Shown here: positions 1 through 10,852 of the stretch, in pieces
Position numbering within the stretch: position 1 is the stretch's first letter
Layout: every line of letters begins with the position of its first letter
Assembly: GCF_000485595.1 (NCBI RefSeq)
Contig: NW_014577087.1
Coordinates: forward strand, 892,933 to 947,264
Direction of reading: 5' to 3'
Origin: Priapulus caudatus
Taxonomy: Eukaryota
DNA: 54,332 nucleotides
Position numbers and translations under genes: made by a program
Notes under the pieces: model-generated
Databases searched by the model: none
Seen by the model: only the letters and a program-made list of their open reading frames with translations
Told to the model about the DNA's origin: nothing

Positions 1-49
1 TATATTATAGATTATATTATAGAGATCAGTGCTGCTAACTGTGTCAATC

Positions 50-351
50 GGGGGTGTCTATATTCAAGCCGGTACGGGAGATTACGGTACGCATATCTTT
101 GCTAATATATTGACTAATCGTGCGTCAATAACCTCAATATTTACTGAGAGTATAGCTAAGACATGTGTCTATAGGTATCTAGAATATATTATGCAAATGA
201 TCTCTCGTACCGGGTTGAATATAGACACCCCTTGTATTGGCCCATACTAGCTCTCTGTGAATATTGAGTTTCTTGACGCACGATTAGTCAATATATTAGC
301 AAATATATGCGTACCGTAATCTCCCGTACCGGCTTGAATATAGACACCCCC
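50..351. mobile_element. Non-autonomous MITE with ~100-bp terminal inverted repeats and 9-bp TSD (Mutator/MULE-like)
   Basis: GGGGGTGTCTATATTCAAGCCGGTACGGGAGATTACGGTACGCATAT... at 50 is mirrored by ...ATATGCGTACCGTAATCTCCCGTACCGGCTTGAATATAGACACCCCC ending at 351. GTGTCAATC is duplicated at 41-49 and 352-360. Long TIR plus 9-bp TSD is typical of MULEs. Confidence 0.85.
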
Positions 352-416
352 GTGTCAATCACGTAGAGAGAGGCGGGCATAGAATAAGAACATAGACGCG
401 ACTGCTGAAGGAAATA

Positions 417-1547
417 CAGTAAACACCCGCATAAAATAACCCGTGATTTTCTGTTCAGGGGCGGATCCAGGGCTGAGGCTAGACAGTATTTTTCCAGTTT
501 TTTAAGTGCACATCCCCAAAAAAGGGCACACCACCCCACAGTGAGCGCCGTTAGGCGCAAAGCACATGGCGGGGGGTCTGGGGGGCCTCCGCCAGAAAAT
601 TTCAAAATTTCAAGGGTCCCTGGGCACAAAAATGAGCACCATTTGAGCACACATACATTTAGTCAAGCAGCAATAGCTAAAAACTAGCTAAAAACTAAAA
701 CTGGAATTTTATTTTTGCTTCATTTTGCCTGCGCTTTGGCATTGCATACCAGCAGAATGATTCAAGCACTTTCCTTCTTTTTCAGATATCAAAGCTATAG
801 CTGTTACCATGTAAAATTTTGATTTCCTTCAAGTCCTAGCTGTCAATGAATCAGAAGAAAAAGAAAACAAATAAAGAATATAGCCAAATTCCATCAAATA
901 GTTTTCTGTATTTTTTGTATTTTCTGTAAATTTCGAAGGGCACTTTGAAAGCTAGACCGTATTTCCCAATACGGCAAATACGGTCTGAATCCGACCCTGC
1001 TGTTTCAGGCTGAAGTGGTTCTTATATATATGATACATAGTGAGAAATCAGCCTGAAGAGGTTCTTAAAGAGGTTCTTAATTTTTTGGGGGATATTGTGT
1101 ACATTATCTAGGTAAAATTGGCTTTAATTAGTGAATAATTGACACTAATTAATTAACCATGCAACTGCATAATATTAGAAATTATAATTCACACCATCCT
1201 CCCCTCAATCCTCTGTATCGTCAAAATCAAGCCCCAACATTTACTGGAAAATGAGGCAAAATACCCCCTATAAAATCCAATCCTTCGATCTGTGAGGAGG
1301 TATACTATCTTAGGAGGTACCGTACTATGTTATCTGGAACTACATACATGTTGTTGGTTTCCAATGGTGTAGCACACATACTTGGATTGCCCCATGCAGT
1401 TTGCCCTAATTTTCGGAATTCTTTTCATATAAGAACCTGCTTAATTTATCAGGCTAAAGTGGTTCTTATATATACTAGGTGCTTTATTGGTCCAATTTCA
1501 GCCTGGAGGTTCTTAATCCGCAGTTTCTTTTATGCGGGTGTTTACTG
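417..1547. mobile_element. Non-autonomous Tc1/mariner (pogo/Tigger-like) DNA transposon
   Basis: TA|CAGTAAACACCCGCATAAAA ... TTTTATGCGGGTGTTTACTG|TA: a 20-bp TIR with CAGT ends and TA flanks. No transposase ORF. Confidence 0.75.
456..999. mobile_element. Probable nested hAT-like MITE inside the Tc1/mariner element
   Basis: Imperfect TIR CAGGGGCGGATCC ... GAATCCGACCCTG. Only CTGTT is duplicated on the flanks, so there is no clean 8-bp TSD. Confidence 0.45.
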
Positions 1548-1624
1548 TACTGCTGAAGGAAAAGAAACGTTTACTCTTCGACGCGATACGAAAGAGCAGC
1601 GATAACAAATATGCAGCGTCATAA

Positions 1625-1712
1625 GAGGACACGTCCCACACCAGTAGGCCCTACACACATCAGTAAAGACGCCAAGTCCAAGGTAACGATTCAACTTTAT
1701 TAGGAGAGAAAG
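1625..1712 (-). repeat. LTR-like direct repeat (copy 1 of 2), probable 3' LTR remnant of a gypsy-type element
   Basis: GAGGACAC.TCCCACACCAGTA...CACACATCAGT.AAGACGCCAAGTCCAAGGTAACGATT...GAGAGAAAGT recurs at ~6070-6159. The two copies bracket minus-strand gag and integrase remnants. Confidence 0.5.
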
Positions 1713-2064
1713 TATCAGGCACAACATGACTAAGTATCACGCTGGACACAGAGGACGTGTCGAACGCTAACGCGAGCAATCTTAGAAGGTCTAACGTCTG
1801 TTATTATATAGAACTCCGTACAAGGCTAAATGCACTATACTGGCGCAACTCCTTTTTTTCTTGTCTGTTCTATTCTTCTCAATGTTTAACAGTAAATCAC
1901 ACAGTCACTACGTCAAATGTGGACAGAACTAGTCCAAACCGTGGACAAAGCTGGTGGTATGCACGGTATAGTCGGTGGGCATGGAGCTTCGGGTAGGTGA
2001 TCATCATCTGATTCACTCTGCTGATCGTCAAGTGGGGTTCGAGAAGACATGTTTGGTATATGGG

Positions 2065-2241
2065 CACCTTGTAGCACTCGGATCGTTTTATACGATATAA
2101 AGCATTGCACAGTTGGCTACCTACGAACTTCCGTATATTGCACCACTGGCCCTCAATACTGACTACGAATTAGTACCTATCACGAACGCAGGACTTGTTT
2201 CGATCGGCATACAAGTACACTAAATCACCCACAACTACATC
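2065..2241 (-). pseudogene. Ty3/gypsy-type integrase C-terminal (SH3/GPY-F-like) remnant
   Basis: Manual minus-strand translation [58 protein letters not shown]. VGDLV is typical of the integrase C-terminus. Contains an internal stop. Confidence 0.55.
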
Positions 2242-5099
2242 TGAGAGTTGCGCCTCTGTCCTATTGGGTGCCGTTGACTTTTCATTGTAGCTCTCGCTAC
2301 TTTGGCAGTCAAATTAAACCCGGAGGTCTCTTCAAGCGTACTAGCGCTGTGGACGAAATTTCACGCAACAAGGATCGCAAAGATTATCGCTGCGGACCAG
2401 CCTCATATCAAAACCCTTTATTTAACGGGAGCTCTGAGAAAGAGAGANNNNNNNNNNNNNNNNNNNNNNNNNAAGCTGTATCGTTAGCGTTAGGACAAAC
2501 GCTACTGTTGGATTTCACTAGAGAACGTAGCCAAAGCGACGCTTCTTCGAGACAATTCCGTGCATTGGGAACTTCGACACCCCGTACTGACGGTAACTGG
2601 AGCCAAGGACCATAAGCTTTATATGCCCGATGCACGTACTTATTAGGATCTCAGTGAACATGAGCTACCTTAACCTTCTCAGTGCGAGTCAGTTTTATAC
2701 TTCCCAAGTGACTTTTCAGATACCACAAAGCCCTGGGATGGCTACATCGACTGTGTCTGGGGCTTGGGAGTTCATAAAGTGGTTGTATGCAGTCTACATC
2801 TATACTGGTGATACAGTCGAGTTAGTCCATTATCTCTAAGCGTGTAGACTGTGGTGGGGGGGGGGGTCCATGGGCGGGTCGTAGACATTGAGTATATACA
2901 TAACTTTGGAATCTGAATCGGCTGGTCGTGTAAATATGTTTTGTTCACAAGGCCCAATAAGTAGGCCTCATTCATATATATCTTTTTCTATGTCGTAAAT
3001 GAGTCAAGCATTCGTATAGTTTCTTACTTTAAAATGTATTTTATTGTGGTCTCTTATAAATTGCTCTTTAATTGTGCTTGAAAATTTGTCCAACGTGTCA
3101 CCTTTATAAAAATATAACAAAAAGTCTTTTTGGCAGGATCATGATTTGTTGGATACAATTGTATGTGTTACTAATTGCTGCCCATTGGTACGGGTGTTAC
3201 AATTGCCGTGTTGTGGGGCAATATGTAACACTTGCATATCCAGTTTTGACAATGGATAATTGGCTTAAAGAATCATACTTGTTTTAACTTAACCCAAACC
3301 TAGGTCTATTTAGCCAAGTATACTGCATTCTTTTAATTTCACTATAACCTTGAAGTATTAGTACTTCTACAAACCTATTTATATAATAAGGTTTTTATGT
3401 CAGATTTGCGAGAAAAAGGTGTTACAATTTGTCTCTGCCGGTCTCCCTAACTTTCTTAATAACTCTTTTTTCAGGAACATGCTTATTCTGACATTCTGAG
3501 AATTTTTTACACAACATTCACATGTAACAATTGCATCACACCTCGAAATAATGACATATTAGCTTGCAGCAACACTCGTATATATGCGCTGGCGGACTTA
3601 ATCCTTAAAAATGTCTCAGAGTCGGTGACCGTCACGCAACACAATCACACACAACCATAATAAAACAGTGATAAAGTATTTCGATATGCTAACCTTAGCA
3701 TCCTAGCTCACAAGAAACCGGTATTTGCCTAGGTTAGAATACCCTAGACCTAGAATTGTTAACTAGATCCCTTAGGAATTACCTAGAATGCTAATAGACA
3801 ATCCGTCGCACAGCCTCGGTCCGGTGCTAACGTTACCTTACACTAACTATAAACGCAACTCTCGAGTCGCATATTATGCAGTGCCTAAACAACAGATAAA
3901 TTAACTTCTATCGGTGTATAACCCTTTGGCTTTCGAATACAAACTGAACTGAACTGTTCTAAAACTGCGCAATCAATCACAATACAATCTAGTGTGCTAG
4001 TCAATTAATTAATTAATAATAATTTAAATATTAATTTATTAATTAGTGGAGATTAATTAATCTTAGATACGTGTAACGAGCATAGTTTTTGTGGAGAAAG
4101 CGACTGCAATTTGCCGCAAATGGACTAACCGTACCCGTAGCGCCTCGAACATTAAAGATACGGCTACCGTTCCCGTAGCCACTGCGAAACAAAATACATT
4201 TGATTACTGTGCTCTACTGTTTCGCGAACATCACCCCAAAAACGCAATTTTAGGATGTTTTCGAACCCATCGACCGGAGGCGTGTTAACGTTTTCCGGAA
4301 CTGTATTCAAGAACATAACTCGCTCTCACCAAAGTCACAGCATGAATTGATATAACGATATGGTAATGTTTCTTAGATATTTTTTGGCTAATGTAACCAA
4401 ACTCGAACCTTCCAGCGAATGTTTAGCGAGAATTTCGTGGTTGTGCTGCGGGTTAGGTCATTCTCTCATAGTCCTGGGCATCTTGGACAGACAGGATGCT
4501 CGCAATCAATAGCTCCTGCGATCAGTGTGCTAGCAGCCTGCCATAAAAGCAAGTTCCCTACGCCTATAGACGCTTGTGTAGACCAGAGTTCTACTGAAGT
4601 CCACTAAACAGCTGCGTCGCGTTTTCCTTCGCAGCAGATGCAGATCAAGGGAAAGTGTATCAGCTTAATCCTAGTGGTCAGCAGAACTGTGTTCACGATT
4701 CGTTATACGGCCGCCATGCTCATCCGATAAACGACGTCACTGAACAGCTGACACTCAGAGACGCTTTCTTTTAGTGCGCTCTGTGTGATTGACATGCGAC
4801 ATTAGATTGGCCCTTGCCATCATGCCGTACAGACCTAGAAGGCCCAGGGATCAACGCCTCGTTGAAGGATCATGCTATTCTAGGCCCACATAGAATGTCA
4901 AGTTGAAATAGCTAGGGAGAATATCAAAACTACAGACAAACAACGCTGCGTTGCAGTAACCGGGCCATTTCAACGAGATTGCTAGGAATGACAATATTTT
5001 GCGACTAAGATTCACATTGCTGCAGGTGTGTTATCATTCCCCCTCTTGGCCTGTCTAGTGGTCTGTGGCCAGATTTGAACTCCACGTATGTCTTGGACT

Positions 5100-5881
5100 T
5101 GTGCGTCTGTCGGCCAGCCGGAGATGTGGATCCATCAACGAAACCATGTTCTCAAGATTACCATATCCACGTGTTCAGCTCATTATGCTGTATATCGTCG
5201 AGAACCAGAGAAAATCGCAGTACGCCAACTTTTACAGCTACAGTGAATCTGTTCCATAGCGTTGTTTCACCATGCGGGGTAGGTCCTTGTGGATTTCCCT
5301 CAGCCATGTTACAACAATAAAATTCTCTAATGTATGCTAAATCTCTTCATCCTCCTCCACGTCATCGCCATGGTGGGAGATCCCGCCATCTGCATGTAGA
5401 AGGCTGTCCTCCACGAATGCCATTAACCGTTGTTAGAGGTCTTCTGGGCGTTCGCCAGCTGCCATGTGAATGTCACAGATGTCCAGGAAGTGAGCTCATG
5501 TGGATTGGAATCCGAAGTGTAGCCGTATACATTGCCACACACAGTCGACGGAAGTGGAGTTCTTTACGAGCAATGCCCTTGAAATAACTGGGCAGTAGTT
5601 AGCAATATGCCCTAACATCAGCTCCAGCATGTTGACTTTTTGCTGTCTGGTACGCCGCCTGTGTTCAGGTACGGTATAGATCTGCGTCATCCGTGAAGCC
5701 ACGAAAGGGTTGCGACTTGGTGCTTTTCTCCCATTATGTCCCCTCTACCAAAAATGGGGCAAAATTTTGATCCAGTGATAAAGTGTATACTAGATTCTGT
5801 TTCCAGTTCTTGAAGGAATTGACAGTCATGTTTTGTCAAGCACCACAGTGACTGTTTGGATGCTCTTTGCACGGCTGTCAT
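5100..5881 (-). pseudogene. Decayed Gag-like N-terminus of an LTR retrotransposon polyprotein
   Basis: Frameshift-stitched reading [44 protein letters not shown].../[22 protein letters not shown]...[15 protein letters not shown]...GERPEDL*QRLMAFVEDSLL. It resembles the N-terminus of invertebrate gypsy-type polyproteins and lies just downstream of the LTR-like repeat and candidate PBS. Stops and frameshifts present. Confidence 0.6.
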
Positions 5882-6050
5882 TATCGAAATAATGAATCAA
5901 ACCAGGTATTGGCATTGTGGTCTACAGATATGTCTGCAGCTTGACTGGCAACTCACTTACTTGTAGCACTGAGTGTGAGTGTGGCGTCATGGTATTGTGA
6001 AGACTACAAGTCCTATTTCACAGTCACAGAGCATCTAGGTTCAGACCTAA

Positions 6051-6159
6051 CGCTGCCACCACGCCATAGGAGGACACTTCCCACACCAGTACACACATCA
6101 GTCAAGACGCCAAGTCCAAGGTAACGATTTAATTCTCCAATTTTATTAGAGAGAAAGTG
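6051..6159 (-). repeat. LTR-like repeat (copy 2) followed by a candidate tRNA-Leu primer-binding site
   Basis: Homologous to 1625-1712. Minus-strand TGGTGGCAGCG (6061-6051) is complementary to the ...CGCUGCCACCA 3' end of animal tRNA-Leu and sits between the repeat and gag. Confidence 0.45.
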
Positions 6160-6218
6160 TTCCAATACTATTCGGTACTATATGAGTAATATAGTGTTAG
6201 AGCCAACCGGGAAGGTTC

Positions 6219-7560
6219 TTAGAATAGGTGGTCAAGCTGTAAATGTAGGGATGTAAATAGCCCATCTACAGTTTGACGAGGCACGATGATGCACTCAGTA
6301 AAGTGTAGGAATGGTACATCACGTTTCACTACTAGCAGTCCATCTCTGGCAATGGTGGCGATATTGAGATACCGTTTGACGTCTCTGATGTTGGTCAGTT
6401 TCTTTGACGGTCGAGTGCCTTGGACTAAATGAGCTCGGGTGCGTCTCAAGTCAGGACACTCAGCCTGTATAGAGTGCCATGCTGTTCTGCTGGTGAACGG
6501 TAACTTTGACGTGCAAGTCAGTATATCACTGACGGTTACGGGTCGTACAACCGATTCCTCCGACTGCTTGACGAATGAACACATTTGGCAAATTGGTTTA
6601 TTGCAAATGGGGGCATTGCGACTAGCGAATTCAGACGGTAAGATGGCAACTCCCGCAACGTGGCGTACAGATGCCGGACAGTGCTAAGTCGCATTTCTGC
6701 AAAGCTTGTAGGACTCTCTCCCAATTGCAGAGCAACTCACCGTGAGTATCTCCACCGCAATACAAATCATCAGCGATTTTTGCGACAACTTCTTGTAAGA
6801 GGTCACCGAAAACTCGGCACATGAGCTCTTCTAGGGCAGTTTCACTGCCGAGCATTCCCATTGCGGACCGAGCATATACCCTAACTCACCGATATTGGGT
6901 GGCTATACCGCAATACTTCATGGAATCACAGGACACGGGTATCTGGTAGAATGCCTTAGTTAGGTCAGTGGCGATTATATATTTCTACTGGGCGATCTGG
7001 CGGAGTATAGCATCAGCATCAGGTAGTAGAGAGGGTTGTGGCTTGCTGTATCTGCCGACTTCTCCAAATGCTGTAACCAGTCGAAAACCACCGCTTGCCT
7101 TCTTTACAAGGAACGATGGGTTCAAGTATTCAGCTGTTACTCCTATGTCTTCAGGATGTTTGAACACTCCCATCCTCTCTAAGTCGTCGAATTTCTGTTG
7201 TAGCTCCGTCAGTTTGTCTCGAGAGTACTGTGGCACCCGATCGTCCCTTTCTCTGCGGTGGTTGTACAGGACCCATGTTGACTTTGGCTTCAAACGGGTC
7301 TTCAGCCCCATTATATCCTTTGATGGTGGGATCGAATACGCAGTCATATTGTTATAACAATGACTTGGCATCTTGACATCTCGAGACAGTAAATTGTCTG
7401 GATCTACTGTGACAGCTTCTGAAAATCTAGTCGTTGCTGTAGTGTCGGACTTGGGCCGTGGTGTAGGATTCATAGTGATATTCGGCTCAGAATTGGTCTG
7501 TCCCTTTCCAACAGGTGTAGTAACCTCGTATATCTGACAAAACTGCTCATTACGTATGAG
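6219..7560 (-). pseudogene. Ty3/gypsy-type pol remnant: RT, most of RNase H deleted, integrase N-terminal region
   Basis: ORFs 6985-7473 (PSFLVKKASGGFRLV), the intervening [11 protein letters not shown], 6631-6861 ([10 protein letters not shown]...[10 protein letters not shown]) and 6219-6584 (DGLLVVKR...IIVPRQ...LHLQLDH). Multiple stops and frameshifts. Confidence 0.85.
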
Positions 7561-7699
7561 GCTCTAATAAAGGCCTAATGTTGGTCTGTGATTCGGACAC
7601 GGATTCCTTCCGCATCACGCTCGACACGGAATGCATGGAATGAGGCCAAAGCTTGAAAGCTTTCGTGTATCTCATGCTGAGAAGCAGTCAACATCGTGC

Positions 7700-8250
7700 T
7701 CAAGGGCGAAGCTGAGTCGGAGCATGNCAGCACTGCCTGACAAAAAAAGTTTCTACCAATCGCCTCCGTCAGACCATGGTCCTCAGGAAAAGGTCTAAAA
7801 TCGTGCCCGTGCCCATTGATCTTTGATCCTCCCAACTTTCGGCACAGTGATGACTGCTATTTCCCTACCATCGATGCTATATCACCGACTACATCACAAA
7901 CCGTAGTCCGAGCTGTTTAGATTTGCTGCCGCTAATTCTGCGCATTTCCTTCCCTATAGCTTAAGTTAAGGAGGGAATGCTTTCCCCCCTTCTTTACACC
8001 TCTTGATCCTTGACCTTTGACCTCCCAGCTCTCAACATACCCAACTCGTTTTGAACGAATCCCCTTGTCTGCCGCCATATAATAATAGACGCCCGACTCT
8101 CCGACATATCGTGATCCGTGCGTCAAGCGGATTTAACGAATGTGGCCCGACTGTTTGTCGGCACCGGCGACGGGACGCACCGCACGCACCCGGCCGGACG
8201 CACGCTCAATGCGATTCTATAAGGCTGACTATGTCAGATGAGCTAAAAAG
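7700..8250. repeat. Interspersed repeat (Helentron/DINE-like non-autonomous family), related to the intronic copies at 23065-23670 and 33045-33650
   Basis: Shared blocks AGACCATG.TCCTCAG.AAA, CTTAAGTTAAGG, TGACCTTTGACC and GCGATTCTA...CTGAC..GTCAG..GAGCTAAAA. The family assignment is inference. Confidence 0.45.
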
Positions 8251-9302
8251 AAAACTACATTATTTTCATAAAAGCAACACAAAAATTTTAACTTAACTTT
8301 AATCAACTAATTAATAAAAGTGGAGATTTAGAATACAACATATATAAATTCATTGTTCTCTTTATCTGAATGTCTATAGATCTTGCCCGGTTTAGAGATT
8401 GCCGTTACAGTCCGTGATCTCTACCAGATACGGTGCGCTTTCTGAAATCTTCCGAAAGCGATCCCCAAATATGTCGTTCGAAGACGTAGAGTCGTACAAT
8501 TCAAGTTGTATCAATCGACGTAATCGCCGCGATCCGAAACTGTTTCGCTCGCACCTCTGTTAAACGTCTTTCACCTATACTCATGAAGAAAATGATATCC
8601 CCTTTCGCTCCGCCGACAGCCTGGTACCTCTGCGCGTTAACACCTACGTCATTCAATCTAATATATATTTGAGTTTCGTATGTAGATGTATGTTATGTAT
8701 TCTCCTATAGCGCCCAAATACGCCCAAGCGCGAGGTATGCATGCAATTTTCACCAGGGCCATGCCTCTTTATACCAGCGGGGACTGTGTCCTAATTGAAA
8801 AAAGACCTGTCCAAACCGCAAACTCACCGAAAAATCAGGTGGAAAACCCGTCAATTCGTGAATCTCTCACACAATGTCAGCACTGACTGCTACAGTGGCT
8901 GCCACACCACGAGACAAAATCGAATTCCCTTACGCCTCACGTCATCCGGCTGCTGGTATTGTGAAACCGAAACCAATACTAAAACACACCACAACCAGCA
9001 CCAGTTTCACCAGTTCAGAGGTACTACTCACTCAGCTCAGAGGTTCAGTTCAGATGCTACGATCTCAGAATGCATTCGAAAGCTATGCAGTTTCTGATTC
9101 AGTAGGAAGATTTCCATCTTTTAGTATCTTCATTTCAATGTGCATGGTTGCGTGTCTCTATCTATACTATGAGCAGCTAATAATTGTAGTCAGTCTAGCA
9201 TGGAGTGACCTCCGGTTTATCTCGGTGGCGCACCGTGAGGTGGCGCCACCGTGTTGGTTGTTCTTGTTTGGTGCTACTCCATCAGCGAGACGTATTACCG
9301 AG

Positions 9303-10260
9303 ATGGTAGAACAAATTTCTTCGGAACTAAAGGAAATTAGAGATTTGCTAACTGACATCGCCGAGAAACAAAGCGCGAATGAACAGACTGTCCCGATTAG
9401 AGAGACAACCGTCGTGGGTCGCGGGCAGGACCGGTTTTGGAGAGGAAAGTGGGCGTGCACCTGCCGAGTCAACGGGCACCGCGCCGCCATTACGGCGGGA
9501 ATTTGATGATGGGACGGTAGGTCATGACACGCATGACTTGGACATAGCTGCTGAACCTAACATTGGTGTGAACAGCCAGCATGAGCCCCGGAGGCCTGGT
9601 CCCGTCATTCGCTTAAGTCAATACGTCACCGACGATATCCAAGGGGAGTTTCAGACCATAAGAGACACTCTACAGCGGGTGAAACTGCAACCGGACTTTC
9701 GTCTAAATGAGACTAAGAGCGGTATTAACCGCGAAGATCAACAAACGTTCAACGTGGTCAGTCGGTCCGCACGTTATGTGGAAACTGGACTGAAAATTAT
9801 CAGTACTATTGACAGTGACACTACGGATCAAAACGTCAATGACTCTCTTGCAAATTTGTTTGTAACTCTGTGTGGACATATGCGCTACTTGCAGGATGAG
9901 TATTCGGGTATGTTAGTGCAAGGTCAGTTTGGCAGGGACACGTCAAAGTTATTTAAGTCCTTACAGAAGAATACATCAGCGTTCAACCCACAGTCGCTTG
10001 AACACTTACGGGCAGCAGTGGCGGTGACGTCAGTTCGACCAACCCAGCAAGGGGGGCGTGGTTATTCGCGTGGTTCCAGTTCCGGCTATGCTAACACTAA
10101 CAGTTACTCGCGGGGACGTGGATACAGCAACAATTGGTTCGGCAGAAGTCGGGGATTTCACTCCTATGGGCAGCCCGATGCATTTCAAAGTATGCAGAGA
10201 AATATACCGATGCAGCGGCCTCATGCTCCATTGGCATCCGGAAACAATTATGAATCCTAG
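9303..10260 (+). mobile_element. Gag-like ORF1 of a DIRS-type (tyrosine-recombinase) retrotransposon, probably frameshifted near 9375
   Basis: 293-aa ORF (9379-10260) with an RG/GY-rich C-terminus, immediately upstream of a DIRS-type RT. An upstream coiled-coil-like MVEQISSELKEIRDLLTDIAEKQ starts at 9303 in another frame. Confidence 0.6.
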
Positions 10261-10265
10261 TGTAA

Positions 10266-10675
10266 TTGGCAATTATGTGTCGTTCAACACAGACTAGGTT
10301 TTGCGCAGGTTCCCTGTCAGCGCATTTGCCAGCCTGGCGAAACATACACGCTCCAAGTACTGTGTTAGATTGGGTTGAACATGGCGTTAGATTACCTTTT
10401 CTCACAACGCCACGGAAATCGTGCTTGCCAAATCGACAGTTATCGCAACAACAGTCTAACTTTATAACTCATGAACTACGTAATTTAGTACAAAGTGGAG
10501 CTATTAGCCCGGTCTCTCATATACCATATTTTGTTTCACCTATTGGATGTGTCCCAAAAAAGAATAAAAAGCTTAGACTTATTGTGGACCTGCGGGACCT
10601 GAACTCTTATTGTGACACACCGACATGCAAGTATGAGGGTATAGATGCAGTATTCGACATTATACAATATGGTGA
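10266..10675 (+). mobile_element. DIRS-type reverse transcriptase, N-terminal part, truncated by an assembly gap
   Basis: AGSLSAHLPAW...VLDWVEHGVRLPF...LVQSGAI...VSPIGCVPKKNKKLRLIVDLRDLNSY...KYEGI matches the DIRS RT pattern. N-run starts at 10676. Confidence 0.75.
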
Positions 10676-10852
10676 NNNNNNNNNNNNNNNNNNNNNNNNN
10701 NNNNNNNNNNNNNNNNNNNNNNNNNNNNNNNNNNNNNNNNNNNNNNNNNNNNNNNNNNNNNNNNNNNNNNNNNNNNNNNNNNNNNNNNNNNNNNNNNNNN
10801 NNNNNNNNNNNNNNNNNNNNNNNNNNNNNNNNNNNNNNNNNNNNNNNNNNNN

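Noticed and set aside
8686..9300. Possible host exon or ORF upstream of the DIRS-like gag
   Set aside because: No recognisable domain and no consistent splice pair; cannot be supported.
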